From Eledone cirrhosa (taxonomy: Eukaryota): a stretch of DNA of 64,000 bases. The stretch spans positions 83,452,001-83,516,000 of the forward strand of contig OZ024747.1 in the NCBI GenBank assembly GCA_964016885.1. The letters run 5' to 3'. Under the pieces are notes generated by a model. That model was not told the DNA's origin. It saw only the letters and a program-made list of their open reading frames with translations, and did not search any database. Each line of letters begins with the position of its first letter. Positions within the stretch are counted from its first letter, which is position 1. Made by a program: the position numbers and the translations under genes. Shown here piece after piece: positions 57,901-64,000 of the stretch.

Positions 57901-60861
57901 TAGATTTACAAGTAGCTTTCTATTTGACTTTAGCTTGCCTAATTTCCCTGATCATGAGGTCATTCTTGCAGTTTATCTGTCTACTCTGACATCTAACTAC
58001 AATAACAACATTCTTGGTATAATTGACTGAATTTCATGCTGTTTAGTGTACAGGAGTTTATGTGAGAAAGCTTATATACATATATTTAAAAAAAATTTAT
58101 TTTTGCTAAATCAACAATTCCTACCTTATAGATACCTAATTTCAGTTTTTTTTTTTTTCACAGCTCCACACCCAATAATTACCTTGTTTGTATTTTGTGA
58201 TATATTATGAAAGTAATTGTTTGTAGACAGTGTGCAACTAGTTAGTGCAGATGCTTTAAAGCTGTTTTAGATGGTGCATTGTATCTATGTAGTACCCCCA
58301 GTTTTTTAGTTCAGTTTACACTACTGCCCTAACTCCTTTGTTACCATATTTCTAATGAAAAATGCTGCCTATTATTTTGAAAATAAAAATTTGGTGGGAT
58401 TTAGTAAACTTTCTCATTCAGTTACTGGTTGGAACATAAGAAAGGTTCTGACATAAAATTATGATGGAAGGTTTTTAGATAACTGCAAACAGTTTTGTGT
58501 CATAGAATGGTTTTGTATCATAGAATCAGGACTGGTTTTAGGCATTTTAGTTAAAAAGTTAAGTGAAAGCAGTTTCATATTGGAATTGAAACAATATTGG
58601 GGCTTGATATCAACCACAAAAATGTAATGTTATCATTCTCATTAAAACACATTTGATACCAAATTGCTTGGTACTACCTCTAGTTCTAAGATACAAAACT
58701 GTTTTAAAGCATTTTTATTAATCTAAAAACCATCCATCATAATTTTTATATAAAATCTTGTGTTGATAGGTTATGCTCCAAGTACCAGATAAATAATTGT
58801 TTCTACTTTTTGGCACAAGGCCAGCAATTACCCATGAGAACATTTTTGATTTTCAAAATTATTAGAAAATTATAGGCATTAATGAAAGGGTTAGGTGAAA
58901 AATTAGATATATATTCTCACATTGGTACACTCTGTACACACTGTAAGGTGGTGTTTGATAGGAAGGGTGTCTATTTGTAGAAAGCATGCCAAAACCAGAA
59001 CATAAGTTAGGTGTGGGCCTGCAGCCTGTTGGTGTGAGAACAGTAACTCTGATTAAGTACTGGACTTGTCCATGACAACCTGTCCAACTCATATCAGCAT
59101 GGAAAAACAAATGTTAAATAACGATGATGATATTGAATCAGTTATATTCTAGATAGTGTTAAATATATTCCCTCTGTGTTGTGCCTAAACTGCACAGCAT
59201 TGTGGTTGTAATAAAGTTTGAGGTTATAAACTTCATTAGAAGTATAACATCTACAAGAGACAGCTTGTTTTTACGCAAATTGTGAAATCTGTTGTTCCTT
59301 TTGTGACAGTTTAATAAAGCTCAAGACAGCTCAGATTTTTATAGTATAAAACTGATATGTTTTGACACAACAAAATAAATAAATGTTTTTAACCCAGTGG
59401 TGGGGGTGAGGATGATGGTGGCTGAAGCAGCGACTATTATTGTTATATGTTCTGAGTTCAAATACTGCTGAGATCAATTTTGCTTTTCATCTTTCCAGGA
59501 TGGGGTTGGAGAAATAAAATACCAGTCAAATACTGGGGTCGATTATATCACCCCCCCCCCTTCTTAAATTGATGCCTTTGTTCCTAAATTAGAAACCCCA
59601 AAGCTGGTGGATTGGCTGAAATGTTAGAACATCGAACAAATGCTTAACAATATTTGTTCTGGTTCTTTACATTCTGAGTTCAATTCATGCTGGGCTCAAT
59701 TTTGCTGTTCATCTTTCCAGATTCAATATGATAATGTATCAGTCAAGTATTGTGATCAATATAATTGACTTTTCTCTTCGCTGAAATTGCTGGCTTTGAG
59801 CCAATGTTTGAGAGAATTATTTTTCAGGTTCAATAGTAAGTTTAGTTTGAAATGACTTCCAGTTTCTTATTTTTCTCAAGTTTACATTTTCTATGTAGCA
59901 TATGAAATTTACCTCAACAGCAGTTTCATATTTTTATCATTATTATATGTATGTTTGGTTCTGATGAAACAGATTTTTGCTGGGTGTTTAATGTCATACT
60001 AGTTGGGTTATATTTTGCTCTAAGGCAGAATACTTCTTATACACACACAGAAACATGTGTGTGTGTGTGAATGCACATATAACAGACATATATAACGTAT
60101 ATATAAACATATATAAATGCACATATAACAGGCATATATAACGTATATATAAACATATATAAACTATGGCATAACTCCAACTAATTAAAATGATCTGTAT
60201 AATATTTCGTTAATAAATTCCTTAGAGTTATTATAGAATTAAAAATGTATTTGTAATAAGGTAGAGAAATTCTTTTCAAAATTATTTTCCCCTAATTAAT
60301 TGGTTAAGATTTATAGAAATATATCAGGTAACCTCCCTCTCTCTTTTTTTCTATCACTCTGGTTCTCTTTCATCAATATCTGTCTCTCTTTTCCATCACC
60401 CACTTGGTCATGTTGCTTCTACCCAATTTCCTTACCAACAACTATCATGTATATGCCCCTATCTATCTCTCTCTCTCTCTCTCCATCTGGCAATGCCCCC
60501 CCCCCCCCCCCGTCCTTCCTATAAAATTATTCTTTGTTTTTTTTTTATCTTTGCCATTCCTGTTATTTCTGTTTATGATTATAAGATTGACTAGCTGTAC
60601 AAATTTCATTAATATACCTCTTCCTAATTTTAACTCAATACCACCTAAATATTACTTTGTATATAAATAGCTACTAATTAAACTCACTCTCTTGCTTCCT
60701 AGTAGTGCCTGCAGCGAACTTAAAATGTTCCCTTCACTCAAATTTATAATTTAGTAATTAAAATAATTCACCTATATTTCAAATAAATTGAACAGATATT
60801 GTATTTTATATAAATCATTATTGAATTTATAATCACAAACTATCTTCTGTCCTCACTGTTT

Positions 60862-60897
<36 letters not shown>

Positions 60898-62542
60898 TCA
60901 AATTCAATTAAAATTCAAGATTTTCCTGAACAGACAAGAGACAAGACTGAAACAGACACATAATCACTCTCTCTCTCTCTACACACACACATAAGAGAAA
61001 GAAGGAGAGACATTACTTGATGTCTCTGGTTTGAAGACCATTTCTTAACTTTACTGAATTCCCTGTACATTTCTCAGTTTTCCATTGGACATTCTGAGAA
61101 AATTAGTGCTGTATATTTCTGGCTATTTTGCATAAACTTATTTGATTTGTGGTGTTAAAATATTTTAATATATTTAAAACACTGAACATAGAGACAGATT
61201 GCTCTCTCAGTTTGAAATTGAAACGGAAAAAAAAAAAAAATTTATCTTCTCATACATATGTATGTACATACAGATATATATGTATAAGAGAGAAACATGG
61301 AAACAAGGTAAAAATATATTCTTTTATTCATTAACTTGTTTCAGTTATCAGACAGTGGCAATGCAATTGCTTTTTGTCGAACTATTATGGTACAGGGAAT
61401 AAACAGACACAAGTGTGAAAATGGAGGACACGCACGCACGATGGCTTCCACAGTTTCCGTCTATCAAATTACAATGACAAGACACTGGTAAAGACAACGT
61501 TAAAGAAGACACTTGCTCAACTGTTACACAATATGAAACCCCATGATTGTGAAGTGAACTCCTTAACTACACCATCCATGCCTTCACCTATATTGTATGG
61601 CACAGAAATATTCTTCTATCTGACTAAAGGAAAGAAAAGAAACTATTTTCTCCTCTCCTCCTCTTCTGAATTTTAACACATTTGACTCTTTCATTACAAA
61701 AGAGTGTATATTTATTTCTGTATTTCTATTTACAAGGATATTTTAAACATTGCAGGAGGGAATGTTCTCTCGACATTTATTCAATTGTTTATCTTGTTGA
61801 TTATCCAACACATGGAAGAGTCTCTTTTTTGTCCTATTTATATATGAGAGTTGAGAAGTAGAATAGCTCCTATTGCATATTACACACACACACTTTCACA
61901 TACATACACATGCATTCACATTAACACAGATGCTGTCTCTCGCCTCCTCACTCTCTCTTTCACACACACACACACACACTTTCAATATGCCCACATGCAC
62001 ACACATTTACACAGATGCTGTCTGTCTCTGCCTTACTCTCTCTATTCACCTATGCATGCATGAAGACACATATAACAGCACATATACAAGCATGCACACA
62101 CATTCTTTCATGATCATACCAACCTTGCCTAGACTAGCTCTTATTCTATGGAACCCTTTTCATACCAACCTGTCCTAAACTACCTCTTATTCTATTAAAC
62201 AAAACCATATATTTTAAAAGATTCTTCTTTAAATTAATATTTCTCAATATAATTTTATATGAGAATTCTGTTTTAATTACTATTTTAGTATAAGAAAATA
62301 ATTTATAATATTAATAAATTTATTAAAGTTCTTCACAAAAGGGCTGTCTGTTTTTCCAAGTTAGTATGTGTTGGCAAGGTCTTCACAGACTAATGATGAC
62401 AATGATATGTTACTTATTAAATTTATTTAATTTAAATACTTTTTATCAGTAATCTTAAGAACATCTGACAATCCAGCTCCCCTATAGTTAATACTCTGTT
62501 TCTTTTTTATCTTTGTGATTGTATCTTTGTGTGTTGTCTTAA

Positions 62543-62763
62543 CCCTTTAACATTTAAACTGGCCGTATCTGGCCAGAATTCTCTCACCTCTTTCTGTTCA
62601 AACCAGCTGTAACTGGCCACTGATACTGATGTTAAGGTATTGTTCTTAAAACAAATAATATCAAAATCTCCTAGATTCAATATTATGCGAGATAATTTTG
62701 TGAGGTAAAGTCTTTACCATGAAAATAGAATAGTAAATATAGAGTAATGTAAATGCTGAAGGG
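62543..62763. mobile_element. piggyBac-type MITE (family A)
   Basis: TTAA|CCCTTTAACATTTA ... TAAATGCTGAAGGG|TTAA. Confidence 0.9.
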
Positions 62764-62766
62764 TTA

Positions 62767-62804
<38 letters not shown>

Positions 62805-63075
62805 TGTGTGATGTCTGTGAATAGAATGAAAATAATTTTTTATGTGAAGTTAGAAGCATCCGACCTATTAATCTATTAAAAGACATTTATTTATTTTAAG
62901 CCTTTTTTCTTTTTAGTTGTTTTTAAAAAGAAAATATGACACTTCCTTTGCTCATATTTATAGTAGTTCTCTCTTGTCATTTGAACCTAAAATTGATTCT
63001 ATTTGTTGTACTCTTCTCACTGTTGTTGCAACTGCTATCCTGCCACTTTCCAGTCACCTAGAAATTGAGTTGAGT

Positions 63076-63975
63076 AATAATGATTTCTAATTTATGAACA
63101 AAGCCAGCAATTTGAGCAGGGTTTTATACTGATTATATCGACCCCAGTACTTGACTGATATTTTATTCTATCAATCCCAGAAGGATGAAAGGCAAAGTTG
63201 ACCTTGGTGGGATTTGAACTCAGAATGTAAAGAGAAGGTAGAAATACTTCAAAGTATTTCTTCTGGTATTCTAACAATTTTGCCAATCCACTACTCAGAG
63301 TAACAATTGTTTCTACTTTTGGCACAAGGTCAGCAATTACTCCAGTGCATTACTGGTGCTTTATTTTATTGACCCCGTAAGCATGAAAGGCAAAGTTAAC
63401 CTCGGTGTGATTTGAACTCAGAATGTAAAGGGCCGTAACTCTCTGCTGCATGGCGTCGGATCCTCTGCCGATACTGCCAATCCACTGCCCTAACTCAGAG
63501 TAACAATAATTGTACTTTTTGGCACAAGGCCAGCAATTTGATGAGAAAGAAAAAGTTGATTAAATTGATCCCAGTTTGTCATTGGTCCTTTATTTTCTTG
63601 GCCCTGTAAGGATAAAAGGCAAAGTTGACCATGGTGGGATTTGAACTGAGAACATAAAGGGCCATAACTGCTGCAAAACATTTTGCCTGATGTTTTAATG
63701 ATTCTGCCAGATATAGTTGTGCTATTATAGCAGTTGCTGTTGTTAATGATATTATTAGTAATAATGGTTAAGGCATAAAGCCAGCAGTTTCTTTAGGAGG
63801 CGGGGAAGTGAATTAAACCAACCCTAGTAGTTGATTATGTTTTATTCCATCAACCAGAGAAGGAACTATAATTTAATACTGCAAAACATTTTGTCTGAAG
63901 CTCTAACAATTTACCCCATCTACTGCCCTTAATAAAACCAATTTCTAATTCAGGTGCAAGGCCAGTAATTTATTT
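63076..63975 (-). mobile_element. Head-to-tail array of about 5 family C SINEs; youngest copy 63308-63492 has a 15-bp TSD
   Basis: ACTCAGAGTAACAAT at 63293-63307 and 63493-63507; repeated family C blocks. Confidence 0.88.
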
Positions 63976-64000
63976 TTTGTGTCTGTGGGGGAGAAGGGGG

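Noticed and set aside
58140-58215. Exon after a strong polyT-CACAG acceptor
   Set aside because: All frames close quickly and there is no good donor.

Overview
AT-rich, repeat-dense eukaryotic DNA with no convincing host protein-coding gene. The repeat complement (tRNA-derived SINEs with CORE-like and Nin-like middle domains, RTE LINEs ending in (GAT)n, large (TA)n tracts) looks like an octopod cephalopod genome; this is inferred from recalled repeat motifs, not from a search. The region is probably intronic or intergenic, with a 200-N scaffold gap at 24388-24587. All real coding sequence is transposon-derived. There are two young RTE LINE families: RTE-A (20111-23127, plus two scrambled pieces at 25688-28203) and RTE-B (1-2225). 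Also present are a CRE-like fragment, an Expander/Rex3-like fragment, a bipartite BovB-like RTE derivative, a dead hAT/Charlie-type transposon, and hAT and piggyBac-type MITEs. Most ORF-track entries are microsatellite or antisense artefacts. I cannot claim a proven new system. The best leads are: a PHD finger inside the RT domain of a (TA)n-embedded RTE, apparent exchange of 3' modules between that LINE and its SINEs, two fossil type I hammerhead ribozymes, and a 426-bp multi-hairpin insertion with a 61-bp perfect inverted repeat and a 13-bp TSD. Coordinates of degenerate repeats are approximate and were read by eye.
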